This document shows, one piece after another, positions 1 through 13,358 of a stretch of 64,000 bases of DNA (within the stretch, counting starts at the first letter, position 1; each line of letters opens with the position of its first letter). Origin of the DNA: Octopus bimaculoides. Lineage: Eukaryota. The stretch is from positions 73,945,408 through 74,009,407 of the forward strand of contig NC_068990.1 in the NCBI RefSeq assembly GCF_001194135.2, written 5' to 3'. The notes under the pieces are model-generated. The model saw only the letters and a list, made by a program, of their open reading frames with translations. It did no database searches and was not told the origin of the DNA. Position numbers and translations under genes: made by a program.

Positions 1-301
1 TTATATAAGTATGTGTACGTATATGCGTGTGTTATGTATGTAGAAATATATATATATATATATATGTGTGTATATGTACATGCATATATATATTTATACA
101 TTGTATACTTAAGTATGTATATATTTGTATATGTGTATATATAAAGAGAATGCTTATACTTATATATAATTTGAAATTCTATATTATAAGGATGAAGTTA
201 CGTTTGTTTTTGTATGCTTGCATGCATCTCATAATATGAAGTATGTATAAGTGGCATTGTAAAAGTCTGCATGTTCTAACGGTTATACAGGTACATGTAA
301 T

Positions 302-341
<40 letters not shown>

Positions 342-491
342 NNNNNNNNNNTATATATGTGTGTGTGTGTGTGTGTGTGTATGTGTGTGTGTGTGTGTGT
401 ATATGTACATATGTATATATATGTTTATAAATACATAGTGTATATATGTATGTGTGTGTGTGTGTGTGTATGTAGATATAGATGTATCTGT

Positions 492-569
<78 letters not shown>

Positions 570-1704
570 CTGTGTATGTTTGTACATAGTGTTTCTGTTT
601 CAGGTTATTAGAAAAAAAGTCATTCTATTTTTTTTTTAAACATGAGACTATTAAACTCAAAACTTCTGCTGTCTTTTCTTTTTGCTTTTGTATCTTCTTT
701 CTCTGTCTCTGTCTGTCTGTCTGTCTGTCTCTCTGTCTCTCTCTCTCTTTCACTCACTCTGTCTCTCTTTCTCTCTCTTTAATCAAAGTGTCCCTTCACA
801 ATCAATACACTCCAGCGTGTTCATAAAATTTTAAAGACAGAGAAAAAAATTTAAGCAAAAAAGAAATATGGATTTCTGGAGCAGATGGACTTTAAGGCAA
901 TTGAATTGTTCCGTAGTAGTGGAAAAATTTAATACTAAGGAATTTAATGAAGTATTCTGAATTGGTTAATCTATCGGAGAAAGATTGTGTGAAATATTTT
1001 CAAGAAAGCACGTAATTCAATATGCTTCCATTTCTAAACTCATTTCTGCAATGTTATGGAATTTTAAACTCATCTTAGTGGATCTTAAATATTTTCAAGA
1101 AATCTGTGCATCATAGAATACTCTAATGGTGATGTGTATCATAATTTTTGAAAATCATGTATGTTTGACACTTGGTTAGCAAAATTATGTTATTTTACCA
1201 CTTAGTTTGTGTGATATTGTGTGTTCTGGTGGTATTGGTTTTGAGCTCTCACAATTGTTAATTTGTGAGTTTGATTCCTGGACTGTGTGAAGTGCTGTGT
1301 CTTTGAGCAAAGCACTTAATATCACATTACTTAAGTCCATTCAGCTGAAAATGAGCATCATTGGTTTGTAGAGCACTAACTCTATGATGCATTGGTGTTC
1401 TGTTTGGGGTGATGTCTTGTATAATGGTTGTCAAATGAGCTCATTGACTTGGTGCAGGCTTTATTCGGTCTGTAGTGGAGGGTTTATGCTTGAAGCCCTT
1501 TCCTTTTTCTGTTCTCTTAAACATGGAAAGCAAAAGGAAAGAAGTATAGATAGTATAGTGTACACAAATATATATGCAGATATTTGAACTATTAGACTCT
1601 TGATGAAGAATAACCAAATGAAAAGAAGTTCCAGAGTAAGGCAAATCAGAGTTGGACAAATTAATTAGTTGATTGTTAAAAAGGTTACAACAAGATATTT
1701 TCAG

Positions 1705-1741
1705 GTGTGTACATAAGATGCTAATGGAAATGTTGAGACAT
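1705..1741 (+). CDS. weak candidate micro-exon (xCVHKMLMEMLRH)
   Basis: It lies between TTTTCAG| and |GTGAGT with a single open frame. The polypyrimidine tract is weak. Confidence 0.15.
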
Positions 1742-2729
1742 GTGAGTATAAGTGAAATGAAGTTGGCTTGGGCAATTTGGTTTCCTGGGTCATGTGACCT
1801 GCTGTAAATGTTTTATGTGTTTCTGGTCAAGATATTTAATTTTGCATTTCCATCATCCATGTAACTTCAGGGAATTAGGATATTTATGAGTCATTTTTAC
1901 AGCATGGCAAGATTCCTATCCTGACACAAATTGACTGTTAAACAGGAGTGAAATGCATTTTCATCTAGATAGACAGTGGTGAAGGTGTTATGTATTAGCC
2001 AACTCTCTTTTGTATGCAGCTAATACATTAAATTCTAGAAGAGGGGAGAAACATCTACTTTTTAAAAAAAATGTAATTTCAAAAACTATCGTCAAGAAGT
2101 AGAAATCTATAATTCGAAATTGTAATGTTTTATATAAAAAATCCCTGACATAAAGACTCCATCTCAAATTGATGGAAATCGATTTTGTGACATAACGTTA
2201 TTAGTAAAAGTATAATGAAGTCTGTGTGTTACTGGTGAGTTCATTATAAGGTTGAAAATATCTGGAATCATTTCCCATACTTGCTGATATAGTCACAACA
2301 ATATTATTCATTGACTAATAGGACTTTTCTCGTAACTCTTCAAAGTTTTACTAGTTGATATTTTAATGCTCTCTGCATTAAGCATTCTTTTACACACACA
2401 CGCATGCATGTATGCATGTATGCATGTGCACGTGTGTGTGTGTGTGTGTGTGTAGTTCTCAGATGAGATCCAGAGATTCTTAGTACAGAAGACACTTAGT
2501 AGTGCTGAAAAGATTCAAACTTAGACTCTGATGTTTTTACCAGGGATCATTCCACAAGGTAAAGAAAGGCTAAAAGAGGGATCGAGCTGAGCAGGTATAG
2601 AGGCAATTATGCAGATAGACAAATTAGATACAGCAAATCTTTCTAATACATCAAGTATATTAAATATATACCCAAACTAATATATTTAATATATTTGATG
2701 TATCTAATTTGTTTATCCACATAATTACC

Positions 2730-2775
<46 letters not shown>

Positions 2776-3039
2776 CTCTTTATATATATGTATATATATA
2801 TGTATATAAATATATATATATATANNNNNNNNNNNNNNNNNNNNNNNNNNNNNNNNNNNNNNNNNNNNNNNNNNNNNNNNNNNNNNNNNNNNNNNNNNNN
2901 NNNNNNNNNNNNNNNNNNNNNNNNNNNNNNNNNNNNNNNNNNNNNNNNNNNNNNNNNNNNNNNNNNNNNNNNNNNNNNNNNNNNNNNNNNNNNNNNNNNN
3001 NNNNNNNNNNTATATATATATACATACATACTGATATAC

Positions 3040-3175
3040 AATGGGCTTCTTTCAGTTTCTATCAAATTCACTCACAAGACTTTGGTCAGCCTGAAGCTGT
3101 AGTAGAAGACACTTGTTCAATGTCTCGTGCAGTGGGACTGAACAGTGGTTCTCAAACAAACTTCTTACCACACAG
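3040..3175 (-). mobile_element. SINE head of the same family (further heads at ~10800-10935, 21470-21620, 52158-52315 on - and 21980-22140, 39130-39300 on +)
   Basis: It reads GGGCTTCTTTCAGTTTC..CAAATTCACTCACAAGACTTTGGTCAGCC..., with a TA/CA tract immediately past the head's 3' end. Confidence 0.75.
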
Positions 3176-4200
3176 TGACTCTTATGACTGATAAGTTGAT
3201 AATAGCACTGAAACATATCAGTCCACACTATAATTATTTCTTGTTAGCTTTTTGAATCCATGCATTATATATGTTAACACCAACTTACCTGACTGAAAAT
3301 ATTAAATATGTGGTGTAGCAGGAACTAAACTCATTAAAACAAAGAAGATGATTCAGAAAATTAACATCAGCATGATTTGAGCTGAGAATACAAACAGCCC
3401 GAACAAGATTCTGTAGTCCAGAATTTACAATAACTTGCTACACTTCATTATAAAGAAATTAAGAAGAAAGTAAATAATAAAATTTTAATGAAAATCACAA
3501 GAAAATATTAGTCTCAAATACAAAACTGTTTAATTCAATAAATATTTCCATAAATTTAAAAATAATTATAAATTCTGCTTATGTAAATGTCAATGTACTA
3601 AGAATTGTTGATGGCTTAATCAAGAAAATTAAAGAAAATCTTTAGAAGTCTTGATGTTTATCAGATAAAGGGTTAGCAGGATAAATGTTAATTCTACGTT
3701 GATGAATATCTCAAATATTTTCTGTGAGATAGGAACTGGGATATTAGTAGAATATTATTATTTCTATGAAACTATTCAGAGTCATTTAAAATTGATAAAA
3801 TAGAATGTTATCAATTAATATCTACTAAGCCAAAAAATTGCTGATTAGCTTTGACTAGGCACAAGGCCAGTAACTGAATTGGGCAAGTATAGTTCCTAAA
3901 AGAACAACTGTTAAAAAAAAAATAAATGGTTAAACTAACTTTTAAGAGATAACAAACATATGTGTGTGTATATGTGTGTGCATGTGCGTGTGTGTGCATT
4001 ATCTCATGAAAGCTATTTTTATATAGTGTTTTCTTACTTTTCTTTTTAATCGTTCTTTTAGGAAAAGAGCAATTGTTGAGACCTTGCCTCAGATAAACCT
4101 TTGTTCAACCCATGCTAGCATGGAAAAACAGACTGAAGTAAACAATAATATATATGTATGTGTGTGTGTGTATGTGTATACATATATGTTTGTATTTAGA

Positions 4201-4245
<45 letters not shown>

Positions 4246-4984
4246 NNNNNNNNNNNNNNNNNNNNNNNNNNNNNNNNNNNNNNNNNNNNNNNNNNNNNNN
4301 NNNNNNNNNNNNNNNNNNNNNNNNNNNNNNNNNNNNNNNNNNNNNNNNNNNNNNNNNNNNNNNNNNNNNNNNNNNNNNNNNNNNNNNNNNNNNNNNNNNN
4401 NNNNNNNNNNNNNNNNNNNNNNNNNNNNNNNNNNNNNNNNNNNNNNNNNNNNNNNNNNNNNNNNNNNNNNNNNNNNNNNNNNNNNNNNNNNNNNNNNNNN
4501 NNNNNNNNNNNNNNNNNNNNNNNNNNNNNNNNNNNNNNNNNNNNNNNNNNNNNNNNNNNNNNNNNNNNNNNNNNNNNNNNNNNNNNNNNNNNNNNNNNNN
4601 NNNNNNNNNNNNNNNNNNNNNNNNNNNNNNNNNNNNNNNNNNNNNNNNNNNNNNNNNNNNNNNNNNNNNNNNNNNNNNNNNNNNNNNNNNNNNNNNNNNN
4701 NNNNNNNNNNNNNNNNNNNNNNNNNNNNNNNNNNNNNNNNNNNNNNNNNNNNNNNNNNNNNNNNNNNNNNNNNNNNNNNNNNNNNNNNNNNNNNNNNNNN
4801 NNNNNNNNNNNNNNNNNNNNNNNNNNNNNNNNNNNNNNNNNNNNNNNNNNNNNNNNNNNNNNNNNNNNNNNNNNNNNNNNNNNNNNNNNNNNNNNNNNNN
4901 NNNNNNNNNNNNNNNNNNNNNNNNNNNNNNNNNNNNNNNNNNNNNNNNNNNNNNNNNNNNNNNNNNNNNNNNNNNNNNNNNNNN
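4246..4984. other. assembly gap (largest of 14: 342-351, 2825-3010, 4246-4984, 14766-14775, 15802-15811, 16802-17033, 22543-22760, 25008-25559, 26391-26771, 40507-40904, 42131-42140, 56692-56959, 60729-60738, 62234-62243)
   Basis: These are runs of N, nearly all flanked by microsatellites or tandem repeats. Confidence 1.
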
Positions 4985-5788
4985 NTATATATATATATAC
5001 GTACAATAAATTAAATAGAGAAATGCAATTGATAATCTAACAATATATTACATTAAAATATAATATAATATAAGATAATATAACCAATCTTTAAAAAAAA
5101 AAGCAAATACACCCAACAATTAGTTTTTTACTCTGATAAACTAAGTAATTTGGTATTTATTCTAGGAACAATGTTTATGTAAATATGAATAAGTAGATTA
5201 CAACAATTATTATATATAATTATATATTTTTGAATAATCATAAATATATGTATTAATTGTGATACAAACTAAGTTCAATAATTTCAATAATTTTTGTAAT
5301 ATCATGTACTTTAGAGCTTATATACATATTGCAATACTCTAATTTTGTTACTTCTGAAAGACTTAGTGAAATTTAGATATATATTTTTTTATTTATAGTT
5401 TATTATCTTTTTATCTAAAAAAATAATATAGATTATAATTATTGTAGATCCATGTTTTTTGTTTATTTTGATTTACGGAGTTCTCACTTCAATAAACTAC
5501 ATAAATAAGGACCATTATTTGTTAGTTACTTTGAATAATCTTTATATCAATAACAATAAATAACTGACAGGAGTTATTATATACTATCATTGTATGTAAT
5601 TTATATATATTTTCTTTGAGTAATCATAAATAAATGAAAAGTAGCACATATAAATAAATAGTTAGTTGATATACTATGAATATGTTCTTTTGAACATGTA
5701 TAGGCTTATTTAGAGAATAAATATTGATTTACTCTATTTATCTGTCTCTAAAACTAAGTAAAACTCTGATACTTTATATATATACATA

Positions 5789-5991
5789 TCATCATCATCA
5801 TCATCGTCGTTTAACGTCCACTTTCCATGCTAGCATGGGTTGGATGATTTGACCGAGGACTGGTGAAACCAGATGGCTACACCAGGCTCCAATCTGATTT
5901 GGCAGAGTTTCTACAGCTGGATGCCCTTCCTAATGCCAACCACTCCGAGAGTGTAGTGGGTGCTTTTATGTGCTACAGGCACGAAAGCCAG
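5789..5991 (-). mobile_element. RTE-type 3' tail (short copy)
   Basis: The plus strand reads (CAT)n-CGTTTAACGTCCACTTTCCATGCTAGCATGGGTTGG..., the same 3' UTR as at 12889 and 40905. Confidence 0.85.
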
Positions 5992-7479
5992 GTGTGGAAT
6001 TTAGTTAATGGCATTGGCCAACTCACTGCTATGGTAGAGGATATTTACTCAAGGTGTAGCAGAGTAAGAGTGAACAGGCAACCACATTATTGCATAGCAA
6101 ACTTCTTAATGTCACAAATACATTTGCAGCCATGCAATAACTTCCATAACTTTCTAATATAACTTTATAACAGTTACCCTAAACAGCATCCAAAAAGGGT
6201 CACTCAGTTGATCAGCATAATGTTATGCACAAACATGCTTCAATCTCTAGCTCACAGTCATATTGCCTCATCTCTCTGCCATTTCTATTGCTATCAAAAT
6301 GGCCTCTGATATTTGTGAATCCGACATCACAAAACCAAAAACTAATCACTATGCTTAGTCTTTCTTTTCTGGGATGTTGGCCCTTTGCCTGCATCTTTCA
6401 CACTGTTGATGACTTACACCATCAATGGCCTCAATTTCATCACTCTAGCAGGGCTTGCAAAGATCATAGGCATTACCTTTTTCTCCAACCCTAGTAAGTA
6501 AGTAAAAGGGAAAAAACAAAATCCTCTCTATCAAGAGTGTCTTGATACCTTATCTTTCTGCATTTATAGCAATGTGCAGATTGTTTAGTAATGAAAAAGG
6601 AAGAATTCTAATCTTATTTAGAAAGCTGTGAATGATTGAGGGGGTTTAATTTCAAAGTCAATGGTGCCAGGCTCCATTGATTCCACACACCGTTTTTCAT
6701 ATATCAACCAAAACAATAAAACTAAAACAGATATGAAATAAACATTAACTAAGATTTAAAACTAGACTGCACAAAACAAAGAAACTATCACCACCTAGAC
6801 AATGTTTATTGTTGTTTTTTAATCCTTGTTCACCCTTGATCATATAAATCTAGGATAAAAAATACATTCTAGTCATGACCATCTCATCAGACTACATTAT
6901 CTATCGATTTCTTTGTTTAAAGTGATGCAATTTGATTTAGAGGGTAGATGTAACAGCTATTTCTTGCAATTTGAGTAACCATGTAACAGCTTCCCTTATG
7001 GAGTATGTGTTTGTGGTAACTTGTCTGACTAACCCTTGTGTAACGGAGAATATTTGATGAAGAATTGTATGAAGTGTAGCAATATTTAATATTCATATTA
7101 ACATAATTAGTCACATGGATAATTGTGCCATTTGCTGACATGATCAATTATTGATAAGAATGGCTTCATTATCTGGAATTAATTTAGACATTTAATTGAT
7201 AACACATTTTATGTTAAATATTTATAGTTTCAAGCTGCAACGATATTGTAATTTGTATCTTAATATTTCATGCTGCCACAGTAGAGCTAATCAGTTAAAC
7301 TATGCTAACATGTGAAGTCCATTATCATGATGAAACCAACAATGGTTATTTGAAATAATATTTTTATCCTTCCTTCACCTCAAAACGAATAAACCCCACC
7401 CCAGAAAAAACAAAAAAAAAGCCCAAAAAAACAAACTAACTGGTCTAGCTGCATGGTTAGGAAGTTTGTTTCACAACAG

Positions 7480-8240
7480 CCTGTTTTTTAATTCAATGCC
7501 ACTATGCAACACCGGGATATGAATGAAGCACATCATCATACAATAAGCCCTTCACTCTGAGCAAAAAGACCTTTGTTGCCAACAGCAGTAATAGCTCCCT
7601 AAACTTTCTCCAATCTATTCTTATTCTTGTTACTATACATTCAGAGCAACCATTTCCCTTGATGAGGACACCTCCTAGGTAACAAAAGTTATTATCTACA
7701 TCTAGTGGGCCATCCAGGTATTTAAGAGAATTGATTTCTGGTATGCTCATTGTACATGCTACTCCAGTACATTTATCACGTATGAAGCCTACTTTTTCTG
7801 CTAGTTGCCAGTTATTTCATTACTTCTCTTGTGCAACCATAGCATGTAGAGTTTATACCTACTCCTATCAAGTAAGGCAATTTCCTCGAAGATACCAGGG
7901 TTCTGTTTTCTTTACTTCTTACTAAAACTTTTGTCTTTGCTAAGTTTACCTTCAGACCTTTGAATTTTAGGTTTAATTTCCAAAACTGGAATTTTCCCTC
8001 TAATTTCCCCGATAGATTTAGCTATAGGAACTAGGTCATCAGCATGTAAGAGTCCCATGAATAGCAATTTTTAAACTCCTCTATGATAGCTTGTAGGACT
8101 ATGGTGTATAGGAGCAGGCTGGGGTGTGAGAATTGACAAACTCCTACTCTCACACTAAATACACTGAAATCACTGAGTCTCACTTTGCTTATTGCCTTTT
8201 TGTATAGGCTCCAGTTGGGTGTTCAAAATTTTATTATAGG
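7480..8240 (-). mobile_element. RTE-clade LINE reverse transcriptase fragment (decayed)
   Basis: The minus strand gives W-E-L-L-H-A-D-D-L-V (YADD-type motif, about 8030-8060, one frameshift). Downstream is NFCYLGGVLIKGNGCSECIVTRIRIDWRKFRELLLLLATKVFLLRVKGLLYD (ORF 7502-7750), typical of the RTE/BovB post-RT region. Confidence 0.85.
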
Positions 8241-9719
8241 GTCTGCTGATCAAAACTTTACCTTATTTCTACTTATATTTTGTTGTAAGCCTGTTTTCAT
8301 AAGCAGACATCAAATTATTTTAAAATTGTCAATATAAAATGAAAACCAGAATTTCCATAACACTTGATCCAAAATATTTGCTTTCGTTTTTTTTCCCCCA
8401 TTATAATTAACACTTTCCACTAATGCCAGGAATAGTCAATAAATTACTGGTACTTGTTCCATTAATTTCAATTAGGGTGAAAACAAAAAACAAAATGTTT
8501 TGAACGCTCAAAATATGAAAGGAAAATGAAGAGAAAAAATGTCCATAGGGGATTGAAACACCATTGCTAGGTTCAGGTTGACTGAGATTAATCTCTTTTT
8601 ACCCTGGACTAAAATATCTAAGCCAATGAAAAATCTTCTGTGTGGTCTATGGATTTGTTAGAAATAACAGCCAAATATGAAAGAGCATATTCAGTAATGA
8701 AGTCCTTGAACATAATGGCTCATAAATTACATATTCAATGTAGGACAATAGAAATAATAGCCAAATCTCCCTCATATCATACTTTACAGTTGCATAAATA
8801 TGGAAGGACAAATTTAGTAATATAGTCTAAGATACATTATGCCTGAATAAATGACATATTGGCTGTAGAAACTGTTAAAAATAAGAGCCAAATGTCACCC
8901 ATATCAAACTTTAGTTTCATAAATATGGAAGAACAAATTCAGGAATGTAGCCTCAGATGCATAATGGTTGAATAAAAGACATTTTGGATATAGGAATGTT
9001 CAATAATGACTGACAACAGCAGCAGCAACAAATACAACAACAGCAGCAACAACTACAATGAAACAATTAATAACAGCTATGCACATGTGAAAATGAAATT
9101 GAATAGCATTAGCATGATAACTGGAGTGAAGAGAATTAGCTTTGCACAACAGGGAATTGAAATCCTTTCCTTGTCTCAACTTCTCCGATGCTTGCTCTAT
9201 AAATTAATAATAACAGACATTATTGCTACTTAAAAACCTTGCTGAAAAAATATTTGAGGTTATTTTCATTTTTTATTTTTTCTTTCTTTCTTTTTACTTT
9301 TTTTTTAAAATGAAAATCAGTTAATGCTTACATTTGATTGGCAATTTTAACAAGGTGGAATTAGATTATTTAATTTTGCCACATAAAGCTAGCTAAAGCT
9401 CAAAAAAAAAAAAAAAAATAACAACAAAAAAATTAGAAAACCTAACTGATTTGATAACTTCTCTGACCATAGTAAAAAGTTATCTTGTAAGATTTGAAAT
9501 ACCCAATGGTTAATAAGGCAATTAATAACTCTTTGGTTCTGCTGTCATTAATTTGAATTCCCATCTGTGCGTAAGGTAGCTCTATTGAATGTTATTACTT
9601 AATAGCTTTTTCATTTCAATTAGATATTAAACAAAATTGACATAGTTTGCATAGATCAATTCAAAGGCTCGGGAAAAAAGAAAAATAGAAAATAAAAATA
9701 AAAAAAATTAAATGAGAAG

Positions 9720-10068
9720 GATTTATACACACACACAAACACACATTCTCTCTCTCTTCCCTTCTCACACACACACACACACACACGCACACACATACAC
9801 ACATGTATGTATGTATGCATGTAAGTGTGTATGTATGTACGTACGTATGTACATATGTGTGTATTTTTTTATATTAATTTTATCAGATCCTTTGGGAGTT
9901 AATATCATTTCTAAGTTCAAGCTCATATAATAAAAATGTCTGTTATTGATTTTGGAAACTAATTGACGCACACACACACACATGCACACACACACACACA
10001 TACACAGACTCACACATACACACACATACATATACACTTACATATGTACACACACACGCAAATGTATG

Positions 10069-10104
<36 letters not shown>

Positions 10105-10309
10105 TACAAAAATGTAGATATTTATACATATATATGTATATACATATATGTATATATGTACATATACACACATATATGTACATTTACATATATGTTCACA
10201 CACGCGCACACACACACACACACACACACACATACATATATATGTATATACATATATGTATATATATGTACATATACACACATATATGTACATTTATATA
10301 TATGTTCAC

Positions 10310-10340
<31 letters not shown>

Positions 10341-10438
10341 TACATATGTACGTATTAAAATGAGAAAATGAGATTAATGACTCAAGGACCTAGTATTTTA
10401 TTTCAAAGCATTTCAACTACTTGTTTGCACACACTACA

Positions 10439-10478
<40 letters not shown>

Positions 10479-10560
10479 ACACACATAAGTGCATTTACAC
10501 ATACATACCTATATACATATATACATATAAATACACACATGCATATATAGACATATGCCC
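9720..10560. repeat. compound CA/TA/TACA microsatellite field (others at 1-570, 2740-3030, 4150-5000, 57520-57900, 61360-61775, 62040-62300)
   Basis: Read directly from the sequence. It includes a ~110-bp tandem duplication of a complex motif (about 10130-10240 and 10240-10350). Confidence 0.95.
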
Positions 10561-11038
10561 CACAGAGACATACACATCAAGACTTAAACATATGATAGTT
10601 AGTTACTAATTATCTGCTCTGCACTTATAATTTTCCCCTTAATGATAAGAAAATTAGTTACCTGCACATCAGCAGACAAGGTCTCCCTCTAGTTGCTATG
10701 GAGCCATGTTTAACCTTTTAGCAACATCCGTTGTCAAGTGCCTATGGGGTGACAAACACACACACATAAATACACATGCACACATGCACGCATGTATGAT
10801 GGGCTTCTTTCACTTTCTGTCTGCTAAATCAACTCACGAGGCTATAATAGTAGAAACTTGCCTGAAGTGCCACACAGTAGGACTGAACCTGGAACCATGT
10901 GGTTGAGAAGCAAGCTTCTTACCACGTAGCCACATGTTTATTTTTAGAGTGACATTGTAGTCTAGGTCTGAGAGGCCAGATCCAGTCAGTTTGAACATAA
11001 AACACAAAGAACCCTTTGGTCAGATATGACTGGTTTAA

Positions 11039-11259
11039 CCCTTTAACATTTAAACCAGCCATACCAGGCCCAAATATTCTATCTTGTTTTATGTTCAAAC
11101 TGGCCCCATCCAGCCTCTAACACTTACCTTTCAATGTTATTAAAAAAATAAACAATTATATCATTAAAATCTCAAAACTGTGAGATAATATGTAATTAAT
11201 TCAAAACAATATGAATAAATATGCATTACATTTGATAGAATAATCTGAATGTTGAAGAG
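11039..11259 (+). mobile_element. TTAA-targeting (piggyBac-like) MITE, ~220 bp
   Basis: TTAA occurs at 11035-11038 and 11260-11263, and the termini are CCCTTTAACATT / AATGTTGAAGAG. It is homologous to the copies at 17252, 31793 and 58238. Confidence 0.8.
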
Positions 11260-12888
11260 TTAAAAGTTAAAGAATTAAACTTCATGCATCAATTAATAAG
11301 TTTTAGTTGTTAGCATGTTTATCATCACTGCTTTACTTTCTACTCACACCAAACAAAAACTGTGTTCAGTGATCATAAGATTAAAAAAAAATTCATTAGT
11401 TATTTCATAATTCAAGACCGGAAAATATAGTTTCTATCCCTGAAGATATCAACAGAACATGGTTTTTCACATTTAATATCATTTGAATGATGACAATTCA
11501 AACATACTGTCGGATTGAAACATATGTAGGATTCTTTTTGTTATTTTTTGGTTGTTTTGTTGATCCAGTTTCTGTATTCTTATGTGTATCACATTTTCAT
11601 TCCATTACTTTCCCGTTGTGATTCAAATAAAATAAACCAAGTATCTATTATATTTTGTCTTTTCCATTTTCTTTTATTAACTTTATAATTTATTAGACTG
11701 TTTTAATGCTAGTTGATATCTGGATTGTTATTAACAATCCCTTACAAGGAAATTACATCCTCTCTCTCCCTTTCTCTCCCCCCCCCTCTCTCTTTCTCTC
11801 TCTCTCTCTCTATATATATATATAGGCTCTGGTAAGTTTATTTTTTCTGGGACAAGTGGAGCTGCATTGAATGATAATTAAGTTGCAGGTTAAGTTCTTA
11901 TAGAAAGATATTATAGAAAGTTGTTTTTTGATTAAATTTGGAGTTGTGTTATTGTTCAGAATTCAATCATGCATGTAAAACTTTGTAGCCAGGTTGGTCT
12001 ATTTAAATGTGATAGATTCAGGTCTTGAGCTTGACTTTTTAAGGCTCACAAATATATATATATTATATATATTTAAGTCACAATAATCTGGTGGTATTCA
12101 TTAAAAATGTATCATTTTACAAAGCATGTAGAATATATAGTAAGTTACTTATAAAATATAATAAAAAAATTATCTTTGCATGTTTTAAGTTGCAAAACAA
12201 TTGAACAATTGTGATATAAGAATTCCTGAAGGTTGAATAGATTACATAATACTATTTTCTCTTATTATTTATAACTTTACATTTATATATATATATATAT
12301 ATATACACCTTAGGAAGCTTCAGTAGTAATAATAAGATATAAGTTAATAAATACACTTCTTCTTTCCTAATGATGTGTAGAAAATAGTGGGATGAATTGC
12401 CCAAAAGACTGTTTTATTTGTTGATTACTCTTCAGAGAAAGTGTATCAAATCTTCAGTTAGAAGAATAGAGTATTTAGAGACTTTATAAAGCAGTCACAA
12501 AATGAATTATTACTGTTGTGGGTGGTTTAATTTACATTTTTTTCCCTTTAGATTGTTTTTTATTAATTGAACAAAATATATTTTATGCAGAACTCAGCAT
12601 GAATCAAAACTACAGAAATAAATATTAGAAAGCTGTAGCTGTAATATGAGCATGTAAATACATTTTTTCCATGTTTTTGTCGTGTGGAAAATGAAGGGAA
12701 ATCTCCTCATGCTCTATTTCATAATTTATGGAAGCTCCTCACAGATGGATTATTTTTACAATTGATGGCTGGAGTATTCAGTAGCTATATAAAGCAGAAT
12801 GGAAATAAGCTATTACTGTGGTGGATAGCTTAATTTGCATATTTGCACTTTAGCAACTGATCATTAATTAAAAATATATATATTAATG

Positions 12889-13358
12889 CATTGGGCCTCA
12901 CCGAGGCGATGACTACTGACCGAGACTTTTGGAAATGTGCTGTGCGTGAGAAGACCCGGCAAGCCAAGTAAGATCGTTGCCAGTGCCCCTGGACTGGCTC
13001 TTGTGCGGGTGGCACATGAGATGCACCATTTTGAGCGTGGCTGTTGCCAGTACCGCCTGACTGGCTCCCGTAGGATTTTCGAGTGAGATCGTTGCCCAGT
13101 GCCCCTGGACTGGCTTGTGCGGGTGACACATAAAAGACACCATTTCGAGCATGGCCGTTTTCGTGCGGGTGACACGTAAAAGCACCCACTACACTCTCTG
13201 AGTGGTTGGCGTTAGGAAGGGCATCCAGCTGTAGAAACTCTGCCAAATTAGATTGGAGCCTGGTGTTGCCATCCGGTTTCACCAGTCGTCAGTCAAATCG
13301 TCCAACCCATGCTAGCATGGAAAGCGGACGTTAAACGATGATGATGATGATGATGATG
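12889..13358 (+). mobile_element. RTE LINE 3' end, 5'-truncated, with (GAT)n tail
   Basis: It encodes LGLTEAMTTDRDFWKCAVREKTRQAK*, followed by a 3' UTR with internal repeats, the palindrome CCATGCTAGCATGG (13307-13320) and a (GAT)n tail. It closely matches 40905-41390 in reverse complement. Confidence 0.85.

Noticed and set aside
27-5040. YI/CV/HT-rich and X-filled ORFs here and throughout the track
   Set aside because: They are artefacts of dinucleotide repeats and N-gaps.
5863-6162. MKPDG.TRLQS.LAEFLQLDALPNANHSESVVGAF ORFs recurring at 5863, 12830-13282 and 40988
   Set aside because: They are the antisense reading of the RTE 3' UTR. The recurrence reflects repeat copies, not a gene family.
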